Assembly: GCF_006345805.1 (NCBI RefSeq)
Contig: NC_042998.1
Coordinates: 194,122,001-194,186,000, forward strand
DNA from: Octopus sinensis
Lineage: Eukaryota
Direction: 5' to 3'
Length of the DNA stretch: 64,000 nt
The notes under the pieces were generated by a model, which searched no databases, was not told the DNA's origin, and was given only the letters and a program-made list of their open reading frames with translations. The position numbers and the translations under genes are program-made. Shown here in pieces: positions 24,717 to 35,909 of the stretch (position 1 is its first letter; every line of letters starts with the position of its first letter).

Positions 24717-24914
24717 AATTAGATGATAATGTTTGTAAACACACAAATGTTAATATTTATAAATAAACTGGTAATAATGTTTACAGGAAATTTGGTAATT
24801 CCTGGGTTTTCTGAACGACGCTAAAGCTTATCCTAACCTTAACCACAGCCATTTTTATTAGCCATGCACTTGACAGAGAGCTTAATGTGAGTTTTGATTC
24901 ATTGAATCTCAATA

Positions 24915-24926
24915 TCTGTCTATCTT

Positions 24927-25001
<75 letters not shown>

Positions 25002-25128
25002 CCTATCTCTCTACCTTCCTATCTATCTATCAACCTACCTACCTACTTGCCTACCTACCTACCTACCCACCCACCCACCCACCCACCCATCCATCCATCC
25101 ATCCATCCATCCATCCATCCATCCATCC

Positions 25129-25199
<71 letters not shown>

Positions 25200-25200
25200 A
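24915..25200. repeat. Compound tetranucleotide microsatellite CTAT/CCTA/CCAC/CCAT/CTAT
   Basis: Directly visible. Confidence 0.95.
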
Positions 25201-25784
25201 AATGTATCATAATATTCTTAAGGTCAACATTTACTCACTCACGACCACTTCTAGGCTTTGTCACTAACTCAGTTTTTAACCAAATTAGATGATGTTTACA
25301 TTTTAGATGGTCACATTTTCAGCTTAAAAAAATGTTTAAATTGGATCAGAAGAAAAAGATTTTTAGTCAAATATGAGAGGCCACAAACGGAAGAATAACG
25401 CCTTAAATCGGCTTTGAGTTCAAATATTAAAAAAAAAAAAAAATCTATACTTTGTTTTAGCTTAAATGATACATCTCCACGATAGGAATCTATCCATGTT
25501 AGTTATATGCAAAAATAATCAGTAGAAAAATGTACTGAGGTAAAAACCGGCAAAAAAGGAGATTAACGCCTGAAATCGACTTTGACTCTAAATATTATTC
25601 TTCTTTCAACAGAAAACTATATTTAAATTTAACTTTTCTGATAGATATCGACTACAGGAATCCCATGATTTTCCTTATATATATATAAATAATTAAATAA
25701 AAAAAAACTACTGTGGCCAAATGTGCTGAAAACAGTGGTAACGCTTTAAAGCAAATTTTCTTTAGCTCACATGATAGAACTCGA

Positions 25785-26051
25785 ATCTTTTCTTTTTGAT
25801 CGGCAGGTCGATAAATTAATTTTTTAAAACTAAAATTCGGATACTGGTAGAATGTGTCATATAGAACATCTTTTACTCTTAGCGTTGTTGGGAAAAGTTT
25901 GTATTTTCGAAGTTACTTTGTGTTAAAGTTGTCGTATTTGGGTAATTTCAACCAATCAGTGACGTCTATTGAGCTGAATAAAGTTACTGCTGTTTGAAAG
26001 TGCTTAGTTAAAAAAAAAAAATTATCGACCTGCCGATCAAAAGGAAAAGAT
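25785..26051. mobile_element. MITE-like element with ~35-bp imperfect TIRs
   Basis: ATCTTTTCTTTTTGATCGGCAGGTCGATAAATT at left and ATTATCGACCTGCCGATCAAAAGGAAAAGAT at right. No clear TSD. Confidence 0.55.
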
Positions 26052-26946
26052 CCTAGAATTCATCAAATCAAGTGTGATGGTGCTAATCGTTTCAAAAAAT
26101 ATTCAAAATAAAAAGAATTATTATTTAAGCTAAATGTGCCAAAAGACGTAAAACAATTTTTAAGTAATATTATTACTTATTACAGCAATAAGGCGACGAG
26201 CTGGCAGAGTCGTTAACACGCAGAGTAAAAAGCTTCCCGGAATTTCTTCTCTCTCTTTACATTTTGAGTTCAATTTCCGCCAGGGTCGCCTTCACCTTTT
26301 ATTTTTTCGGTACTCGATAAAATGAGTATCAGCTGTGCACTGAGATCGATATAATCAACTTCCTTCCATTCCAGATTTGATGACCTTCTGTCAAAATTGG
26401 AAACTAATATTGCAAAATGTTTGATCCAATTCAGTATTTAGATATCTTGTAAAGATCTACTTCATATTCATGGAATACATTATATTGTAATATATATGAT
26501 TCACACACAGCAGTGTGTGAATAATATTCTTAAAAGTCAACATTTACTCAATCGCGACCACTTTTAAGATTTGTCACTATTTCAGGTCTTTTATCAAATT
26601 TGATGATGTTTGTACATTTTTAGATTGGTCATTTCCTAAGCTACATTTTGAGCTGCAAAATTTGAAATTTGGTCCAGTAGAAAAAGAGTTGAGATTTCAA
26701 ATATGTGAGGTCAAAAAGGGGAGAATAATACCCGAAATCGACTTCAGGAATATACATGCGACACTGCATACATACTTTCGTAAATACACACACACACACA
26801 CACATACACACACAACACACACACATGCACAGACACATAACTAACTTTTAAAACGCCCATGTGACAATACGTAGCTTTAAAGAGAGGGCTAATCAGACAG
26901 CAATTAATGATAAGAGGACTATTTTCTGCTGTCCATCACAAATAAA

Positions 26947-27016
<70 letters not shown>

Positions 27017-27304
27017 TACATACATACATACATACTTATTGCAGAAAAATGTTACTGAGGTTTAAATTTTATTCATTTTCACTTAATCAGAAAACAGGAT
27101 TTAAAAGTTGCCCTTTTCTGCATGATAGCTGTCTATCACAAAATGAAAGTAAAATCATTATACGAGGAGGAATTTTTATTAAACAAACAGTAGCAATGCA
27201 TAATGACGACCAAAGTTTTAATAAGTTTTTTATTTTTTTTTTTTGCTTTTAAACTTTAATTCAATATTAAGAGTAGCAGAATTTAGATTATTATTTTTTA
27301 GGGT

Positions 27305-27510
27305 TAAGGCGGCGAGCTGGCAGAAACGTTAGCACGTTACGTTCTGGGTTCAAATTCCGCCGAGGTCGACTTTGCCTTTCATCCTTTCGGGGTCGATAAA
27401 TTAAGTACCAGTTACTCACTGGGGTCGATGTAATCGACTTAATCCGTTTGTCTGTCCTTGTTTGTCCCTTCTGTGTTTATCCCCTTGTGGGTAGTAAAGA
27501 AATATATTAT
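27305..27510 (+). mobile_element. SINE family B with internal deletion
   Basis: Head and tail match 14657 and 28033, with ~30 bp missing after GTTAGCACG. Confidence 0.88.
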
Positions 27511-28032
27511 TTCTTCGGGTAAATTGACAAGGTTTTTGCTTTCAGATAGTATGATTGGATTTTCAGAGTAGCAGGATTCAGATTTTTTATTTTCACGCAA
27601 ATTGGCAAATACAGTACTTGAATTGCAGGCTTTATTTTTATTTTGCATGAATTTCGACTAACACACTAACTTTGCTCTAACAAGGCAGGTGTCTCCTCCT
27701 GCCTTACGGTAGCTCCATTGGCTATTTTTGTATCATTAAAAATTTTATATTAGTCATGGCTTTACTATTCATATGATCAGATACTCTTCTTTCTATATAG
27801 CTATATTACTATATATTCTCATACCTCTTCTTGATAGCTCTTCTTACTACATATAGATATAGCTAATTTAATTCTTGATTTTATAATAAAATTTGTATTA
27901 CATTAATATTCACTATTATATAGAAAATTATTTTCATAATGAATTTTCTCACTATCTTTTTTGGCGCATTCGTAATTATGCATTTTGTTTCAATATAAAA
28001 ATTTTATATACAGTGAAGATATAGGATCTAAT

Positions 28033-28272
28033 AAGGCGGCGAGCTGGCAGAATTGTTTGCACGCCGGGCGAAATGCTTAGCAGCATTTCGTCTGCCGCTA
28101 CCATCTGAGTTCAAATTCCGCCGAGGTCGACTTTGTCTTTCATCCTTTCGGGATCAATTAAATAAGTACCAGTTACGCACTAGGGTCGATGTAATCGACT
28201 TAGTCCATTTGTCTGTCCTTGTTTGTCCCCTCTGTGTTTATTCCATTGTGGGCAATAAAGAAATAGGTATAG
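28033..28272 (+). mobile_element. SINE family B, full length
   Basis: Full family B sequence, flanked by a repeated TATAGGATCTAATA (TSD-like). Confidence 0.9.
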
Positions 28273-28512
28273 GATCTAATACTTTTTTATAATTATAATT
28301 ACATTTCTCATTATCCTAAAAAATTATTAATTTTAAAGGAACTAAATATACAGGCAGGTTTCTTTTAATTCAAATATTTTTTAACAAAAGAATATTTATT
28401 AGTTTTATTACATTGCCCGAAAGAAAAAGTGGATTACAATGAAAAATGCAGGTACATGCATGTTAATATTCTTAAGTTATTACACCTGTAAAAATACAAA
28501 ACAAGATTTCTA

Positions 28513-28580
28513 CAGTAGAATTTGCCTAATTTGTCATCTCTAAAGAAAACTAAAAAATACTTAGAATTAAAATTCTACTG
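28513..28580. mobile_element. Tiny Tc1/pogo-like MITE (TIR CAGTAGAATT, TA flanks)
   Basis: TA-CAGTAGAATT...AATTCTACTG-TA. A second example lies at 29446-29546. Confidence 0.45.
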
Positions 28581-28736
28581 TACTTAAAATATTGTAGCCG
28601 AGAATAACATTTTAAAAATCAAAATTAGGTAAATTTGAGAGAATTTATTTCATTTATTATGAGAATCTAAAAAACCAAGTAAATATTTTAAAACATGATA
28701 CAAAAATAATCAAATATAAATTTAAACAAAAAAATA

Positions 28737-29160
28737 GGCGTAGGAGTGACTGTGTGGTAAGTAGCTTGCTTACCAACCACATGGTTCCGGGTTCAGTCCC
28801 ACTGCTTAGCACCTTGGGCAAGTGTTTTCTAGTATAGCCTTGGGCCAACCAAAGCCTTGTGAGTAGATTTGGTAGACGGAAACTGAAAGAACCCCGTCGC
28901 ATATATATATATATATGTATATGTGTGTGTGTGTGTGTGTTTGTGTGTCTGTTTGTCCACCCAAAATCGCTTGATAACCGATGCTGGTGTGTTTACGTCC
29001 CCGTAACTTAGCGGTTCGGCAAACACCGATAGAATAAGTACTAGGCTTACAAAGAATAAGTCCTGGGGTCGATTTGCTCGATCGATTAAAGGCGATGCTC
29101 CAGCATGGCCACAGTCAAGTGACTGAAACAAGTAAAAGAGTAAAAGAGAGTAAGAGTAAA
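28737..29160 (+). mobile_element. SINE family A, full length
   Basis: Colinear with the reverse complement of 44-437. Tail (GTAAAAGA)n. Confidence 0.9.
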
Positions 29161-29445
29161 AAAATCTTTTAAATTCATGTCTCTTGAAATATACAATTAA
29201 TATAGTCATTTTATTTAGTTGTATCAAGTACAAACGAAATAGGGAGTTGTAAATAATATTACACAAGATTTTTTTTCAATTAAATAGAAATCCCATTACA
29301 AAAACAAAACAAAATATTGATTGCTGTAGAATGGTCATTAAATGGTTTCAAATCAACCACATGCTGAGTCAATTCTTCCACATTTAAAAAAGTAATTTAA
29401 TCTGACAAATAAATCATACGTAAAATTTATTAGTTAACGTTAATA

Positions 29446-29546
29446 CAGTAGAATTACCCTAATTCTTCTTAGGCTAATTCGTTACTTCACCGAATTCGTC
29501 ACTTTCAATTTTCTCCTAGGGATGACTAATGAGGCGAATTCTACTG
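29446..29546. mobile_element. Tiny Tc1/pogo-like MITE
   Basis: TA-CAGTAGAATT...GCGAATTCTACTG-TA. Confidence 0.5.
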
Positions 29547-29655
29547 TATTTTTAAAAATTAATTTTGTCTTATTCAATTTTTAAAATACTGCTTTTTTCG
29601 AAAATATGCCCATGGGCTTAAATGCAGAATGAAATAATTTTGCTCAAATTTTGTA

Positions 29656-30072
29656 GGTGTAGGAGTGGCTGTGTGGTAAGTAGCTTGCTTACCAACCACA
29701 TGGTTCCGAGTTCAGTCCCACTGCGTGGCACCTTGGACAAGTGTCTTCTACTATAGCCTCGGGCCGACCAAAGCCTTGTGTGTGGATTTGGTAGACGAAA
29801 ACTGAAAGAAGCCCGTCGTATATATGTATATATATATATGTGTGTGTGTGCGTGTGTATGTTTGTTTGTCTGTGTTCGTCCCCCAACATCGCTTGACAAC
29901 CGATGATGGTGTGTTTACGTCCCCGTTACTTAGCGGTTCGGCAAAAGAGATCAATACAATAAGTACTAGGCTTACAAAGAATAAGTCCTGGGATCGATTT
30001 GCTCGACTAAAGGTGGTGCTCCAGCATGGCCACAGTCAAATGACTGAAACAAGTAAAAGATTAAAAGAGTAA
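29656..30072 (+). mobile_element. SINE family A, full length
   Basis: Colinear with the other family A copies. Confidence 0.9.
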
Positions 30073-30227
30073 ATCATTTTTTAATGAAAATAATAAAAAT
30101 TACTGGGGTTATAAATGAAAAGAGTTGTTGAATATAAGCCCATAGACTTAAAATCGGATGAGCTTATTTTTGGGGGGAAAAACCAGTAATGTTTTCATAA
30201 TTTTTGTATTAATAAAATATAAAAAGC

Positions 30228-30331
30228 AAATAGAAAATGGAAATACAGTTAATTGATAACAACTGATTTCCATCAATTATCATCGATGGAAATCAGTTGT
30301 TATCAATTAACTGTATTTCCATTTTCTATTT
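30228..30331. repeat. Perfect 47-bp inverted repeat with 10-nt spacer
   Basis: 30228-30274 is the exact reverse complement of 30285-30331. Confidence 0.95.
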
Positions 30332-30699
30332 ACCTTTGAATATTGATAAACTCCAGTTTATTTTTGTCGTTACCTATTATTTATGAGCAATTAACACAAA
30401 TGCTAAAGATTAAATATAGGTAATACACCAGTGGATTCATAGGATTCTAGTTATCCCTGAGACGGTTCTTTGCAACTTAATAAAATATGGTAGATTTTTA
30501 AAATGTTATTCTCGGCTGCAATATTTTAAGTAGAGTAGAATTTTAATTGTAGGTACTTTTTAATTTCCTTTAGAGGTGACGAATTAGGCAAATTCTAATG
30601 TGGAAATCTTGTTCTGTACTTTTCCTGCTGAATATTAACATGCATGCGCCCGCATTTTTCAGTGTAATATATTTGTGTATGTATGTATGTATGTATGTG

Positions 30700-30763
<64 letters not shown>

Positions 30764-31365
30764 GTGTGTGTGTGTGTGTGTTGTGTGTGTGTAAATGTAT
30801 ATATATATGATAACAAAATAATAAATAAAACATATGCATATATACATACATATATGTACGTACCTACATTTATATACATGCATATATAGGTACAGGACAC
30901 CAAAATAACGTCGAACACAATGAGAAACGAAAACATAAAAACAGAACCATGGAAATGGACATTTTTTTAAAAACGAAAAGTCAGGGTACAAGACATACAA
31001 CACAAGGAAAATTCCCCTTCTTCAGCCGCCTCCGTTTCGTCTACTCCGTGTTTCGAAGGTAAAGGCGAGACACGTATTCGGTGAAACGGTCCTTCCCGCA
31101 AAGCAAATTAAATAAAATTTGAGATTTTTTTGCGGAGGGGTAAAAGTGGTAACAAAAATAGGACAGTAAAAACAATACAAGACAGTAAAAATACAAATAA
31201 AAACAGTAAACGACAGGACAATTAGAATAACAGTAATACAAATGGTAAGGGCTGTTAAGCCGAACGAAAGAAAAATTATTTTGAATGCGTGAAAACAACG
31301 GCATAAGAAAGGGATAAGAAAGGGTTAGGATGCCGTCTACACTTTCTGAAGGCTGTGGTCATAAA

Positions 31366-31425
<60 letters not shown>

Positions 31426-31607
31426 GTATAAATTTAAATAATGAGGGTGATAAATTGAATATTGATTTAATTAATATCAATTTGAAACCAGTAACCTTTA
31501 AAAAAAATCTGAATTTCTCTAGAGAACGTTCTTTTCTTTGTAGTTAGATCGTAGGTGATCTTCTTCTAACACATTGGATGTCCACTTAGTGGTCATCCCT
31601 ATTATAC

Positions 31608-31688
<81 letters not shown>

Positions 31689-31903
31689 GATACATACAGA
31701 TGTACATGTGTGCGTGTGTGTTTGCATGCTGAAATTTATCTTCTGTATCCGCTACACGAATTTGACATGTCTGGGACAACCTGCAATGGTTATTCATGAG
31801 CACTGTTCGTGTTCCCTCACTTTTAAAATAAACGTAATGTTCTTACATAAATTTTTATTTTCCATTTCTCAAGGGAAAACCCCTCTTTTAGCTCAACGGA
31901 ATT

Positions 31904-32216
31904 ATGGCAGAAGACGAAGTAATTAACAACAGTGACAGCAACCATCATACTCCCCCACCGCCACCTCCACCACCACCACCGCTGCCTCCACCGCCACCAC
32001 CACCACCACCGCCTCTGTCATCTGAAGCTGTCCGTCATTCATTCAGTATTCCTACCGGAAACCTTTCATCGTTCCATGGTGCCAATGCCAACCCGTTTTT
32101 ATCGTCCATGAGCGGCATAACCTCCACACATCCTTCCTTACAGAACGCCGCTTTCCTCAACGCAGGTCTCTCTCGTCAGATATGTCTCTCAGCAGAACTG
32201 CTTCCTCGTTTTATCG
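31904..32216 (+). CDS. eyg: Eyegone-like Pax gene, first visible coding exon (polyproline N-terminus, degenerate PAI remnant)
   Basis: ORF MAEDEV...P10-L-P10...GLSRQICLSAELLPRFI ends G|GTAAGT (phase 1 donor) and joins the 42928 exon in frame. The gene name is from family resemblance only. Confidence 0.78.
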
Positions 32217-32229
32217 GTAAGTATATTTA

Positions 32230-32628
32230 TACAGATGTACTTGCATAGCGAGTGACTTGATCTGAGATCATGTGCTGGAACGGAAACAATTGCAGCGTGG
32301 AAGGTGTTTATAAGCCATTTAAGAAACACACAAAAACCGTTAGATTCACTTCAACATATAAATTTAATTCGTCAAAATATTTTCGTCGCTTTGAGACCGC
32401 GACCTGTTCACTGACAAAGCTGTTCACTGACAAAGCTGTTCACTGACAAAGCTGTTCACTGACAAAGCTGTTCACTGACAAATGCAGCATGAAGCTTTGT
32501 CAGTGAACAGGTCGCGGTCCCAAAGCGACGAAAATATTTTGACAAATTAAATTTACATGTTGAAATGAATCTAACGGTTTTGTGTGTTTCTTAAATGGCT
32601 TATAAACACCTTCCACGCTGCAATTGTT
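32230..32628. mobile_element. Foldback element (~134-bp arms) with five central 16-bp tandem repeats and two G3-C8 hammerhead-like motifs
   Basis: Arms 32285-32419 and 32495-32628. (CTGTTCACTGACAAAG)x5 at 32404-32482. A deleted sister copy lies at 39613-39853. Confidence 0.85.
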
Positions 32629-33032
32629 ATATTTATACAGACAAACATTAACATATATGATGTAATGGGCGTCATAGAGTATGAGAATCAATAAATTATG
32701 TGATGAAGAAAATACATCAACACTAGCTTAACGATTGTGTTTTGTGATAATGATGTCTCTGAGCAAATTTCTTCAGATATTATTTTTCTAAATTGCTATT
32801 TTAGTTATTCTCTCATCGCTATTTCGTTAAATCTGATGAAGTCATCGCTACGCTAAGGAGGTTTAAGATGACCGAAACATGCTGAACTTGTCTCCCGTAC
32901 CTGCCGATATGATTAAAATAATATTGGTCATTGAGGGATGTTCCTGCCATGACAAGCACGTCTTTCTATGTTTTTAGGCTAGTATATCTAAAAGTACTTT
33001 ATTCAGCCTTCTTTAAGACGATAGGGTATGGT

Positions 33033-34720
33033 TTTTGTTTGGCATCCTTTCTGTCTCGGCTGTTATATTTTATTTCCTGTTACATTTCTTGCTGTGGCTG
33101 TGTAGTCCTATCCTGGACAAACACTCCCTCTGGCAGGTACTGCAAATGTAGCGAAGACTGTTCCTGGCTGGTTGTAGTGCCATGGTCTCTTGTTTATGTC
33201 TCTTCCTTTCTTTCCATTTCTCCTCTCTCTTTCTGTCACTCCTCTGTATACCCTCTTTTACTGTACGTCGCCATTCTCCAGGTTGCCGGCGACTGCCTCC
33301 CAACCGCTAATGTTGATGTTGCAGGCCTTCATATCCCTTTTGCAAACATCCTTGTAACGTAAGATCGGTCTACCCACAGACCTAGTACCCCTAGCAAGCT
33401 CTCCGTAGAGTATGTCCTTGGGGATTCTGCCATCTTTCATACGGCTAACATGCCCAAGCCATCTCATACGTCTTTGTGTGAGGAGTGCAAACATGCTTGG
33501 TATTCCTGCTTGCCTGAGGACATCTTTGTTGGGGATATGATTCTGCCATTTGATGTGGAGGATTTTTCGGAGGCAGCGCAGGTGAAAGATGTTTAGGCGA
33601 CGCTCTTGGCGTGTGTATAGCGTCCAGGTCTCGCTTCCATACAGTAGAGTGCTGAGTACACATGCCTGGTAGATCTTCATTTTTGTGGTCTTGGTCAGCT
33701 TATTGTTGTCCCAAGCCCGTTTGGAGAGTTGGGCCATCGCAGCAGCTGCCTTGCCAATGCGTATATTGAGCTCAGCGTCAAGGGATAGGTTGTAGGTGAC
33801 GGTAGAGCCCAGATAGGTAAACTTCTCCACCTCTTGTAATCTGTGGTCTCCAATATGTATGTTTGGGATGTCCGATGTAGCCTGGCCCATGATGTTGGTC
33901 TTCTTAAGGCTGATAGCTAAGCCAAAGTCGTTACATGCTTGCTCAAAACAGTTAATGAGCCTTTGGAGGGCTTCTTCTGTGTGTGTTACCAGAGCGGCAT
34001 CATCAAAATAACATCTCCTGATCAGGACGTTTCTGATTTTGGTCTTGGCACGCAAGCGCGAGAGATTGAACAGTTTCCCGTCACTTCTACTGTGCAGAAA
34101 CACTCCATCATCTGATGTCTGAAAGGCATGTGACAGCAAGAGTGAGAAGAAGATGCCAAACAATGTAGGAGCGAGGACACAGCCTTGCTTTACCCCGTTT
34201 TTTATTTGGAAGGCGGCTGATGTTGAACCGTTGTGCTGTATGGTGCCTTGCATGTCATCATGGAAAGACTGATGATCCTCAGCTTTGGTGGAACCGATTT
34301 TTTGGAGCAGGAGGAAGAGGCCTGTTCTGCTTACCGAGTCAAAAGCCTTTGTTAGATCAATGAAGGCCATATATAATGGCATTTTCTGCTCTCTGGACTT
34401 CTCCTGAAGTTGGCGTATGGAGAATATCATATCGATAGTTGATCTGACGATTGGGCTACCCAGGACTTTCTTATCTATAGCCCAGGCCTGCGCAAAACTG
34501 GAGAGGACACTTCAGTGCTGCTGTAAAAAGCTGCAGAAACAACACGGGAGGTAACAGTTACGAGTGATAAGTCCATTCAGATTGGCGTAAAATATGGACG
34601 CTACGGGTTACCTCTGCCGGTGGGAGGGACTTCCGTGTCCTATTGGTTAGCTACTGCCCACCTCAAGCTGGGCAGCCCCCAGTTAATAAGGGTATGGTAG
34701 GAGAGACATTTTTGTTGATT
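33033..34720 (-). mobile_element. RTE-clade LINE, RT and C-terminal zinc finger, lacking the endonuclease
   Basis: ORF 33258-34430 has MAFIDLTKAFDSV, GVKQGCVLAPTLF, FTYLGS, LLYGSETW and RWLGHV. C-terminal CSTCQRECLSRIGLHSHSKKC. 3' GAGACAGAAAGGATGCC. The FADD motif is corrupted. Confidence 0.93.
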
Positions 34721-35029
34721 TTTTAGCTGGTCGAGTGACCACAGAAATGCACCTTTCTTTCTTCGCACTTATTAAAGAAGTTTCGTTTAGCCTTCATCTT
34801 CCATATTTCTGTAGAATCAAAATATCCATTTATATACTTATATGTGTGTATATGTGTGTTATGTACGCATATATATATATGTATGTTCGTATGAAACCAG
34901 CAAGTACACAAACATGTCATCAAGGTACTATCTCCCACGGTGACATTATGTCATTGATAAGAATAATTCACAATGTTATCCGCAGAAAAGATTGCCCTTG
35001 AATAAATATGGACAATATTTCTGCTACAG

Positions 35030-35240
35030 AATACATACATGCATGCATACATACATACATACATACATACATACATACATACATACATACATACATACAA
35101 ACATACATACATACATACATACATACATGCATACATACATACATACATACATACATACATACATACATACATACATGCATACATACATACATACATACAT
35201 ACATACATACATACATACATGCATACATACATACATATCG
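35030..35240. repeat. (TACA)n microsatellite
   Basis: Directly visible. Source of the YIHT/MYVC ORFs. Confidence 0.97.
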
Positions 35241-35384
35241 AGTATGGCCATTGCACGAAGCTTAATCAATGTTGTTATCGTGCAATGCCTGTGCAAGAAG
35301 ATTTTTTTTAAAGTGAAGAAAGGCTGTGCACTGAGTCAATCCCACTCACTAAGCAACAACAGCCATAATCCGAAAAGAAGAACA

Positions 35385-35775
35385 AGTCAACATCATCGGT
35401 AACCACTGAGCCGCAGGTTTTATCTCGGAGTTATCCCAGTTACCTGAGTTACCTTCTCCTACAAGGATGCCCTAACAAAGGCTAGGAGTCCTTCACTCCC
35501 AATGGTTTAACCGCGCGATCGGGTATTCAGTCCGATTATTTCTATGTCCCCGCGCATGATACAGCCTTAAGACATTTATTGGATGGCCGTTGACTCTCAA
35601 GAGTTCCTCCGCCCTTTGACGGGTTTTGTTTTTCATCCCGCAGGGTGTCCATCCAATAAATACCCTCCTCACCAAGCAAGCTTGGCGGGGTTGCCGGTTT
35701 AGTCGCCGACGACCCGACCATGCAACAGGTTGTACTGGTTACATGTTACCAGTAGCACTCGAAAGTGACCTGACA
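35385..35775 (-). mobile_element. Dispersed repeat homologous to 19740-20118 (probable RTE 5' UTR derivative)
   Basis: Shared blocks as listed for 19740. Abuts (TACA)n. Confidence 0.6.
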
Positions 35776-35878
35776 TAACATACATACATACATACATACA
35801 TACATACATACATACACACACACACATACATACATACATACATACATACATACATACATACATACATACATACATACA

Positions 35879-35909
<31 letters not shown>

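Larger units (their letters stand above)
22150..24800. repeat. Old degenerate minisatellite built on TGATAATGTTTATAAACAA, interrupted by younger insertions
   Basis: Motif variants recur at ~22285, 22735, 22760, 22830, 23590, 24052, 24165, 24725 and 24772. Confidence 0.6.

Noticed and set aside
32404-32482. Five 16-bp direct repeats as a CRISPR or transcription-factor binding array
   Set aside because: No spacers and a eukaryotic context. They are slippage copies of the foldback arm end.
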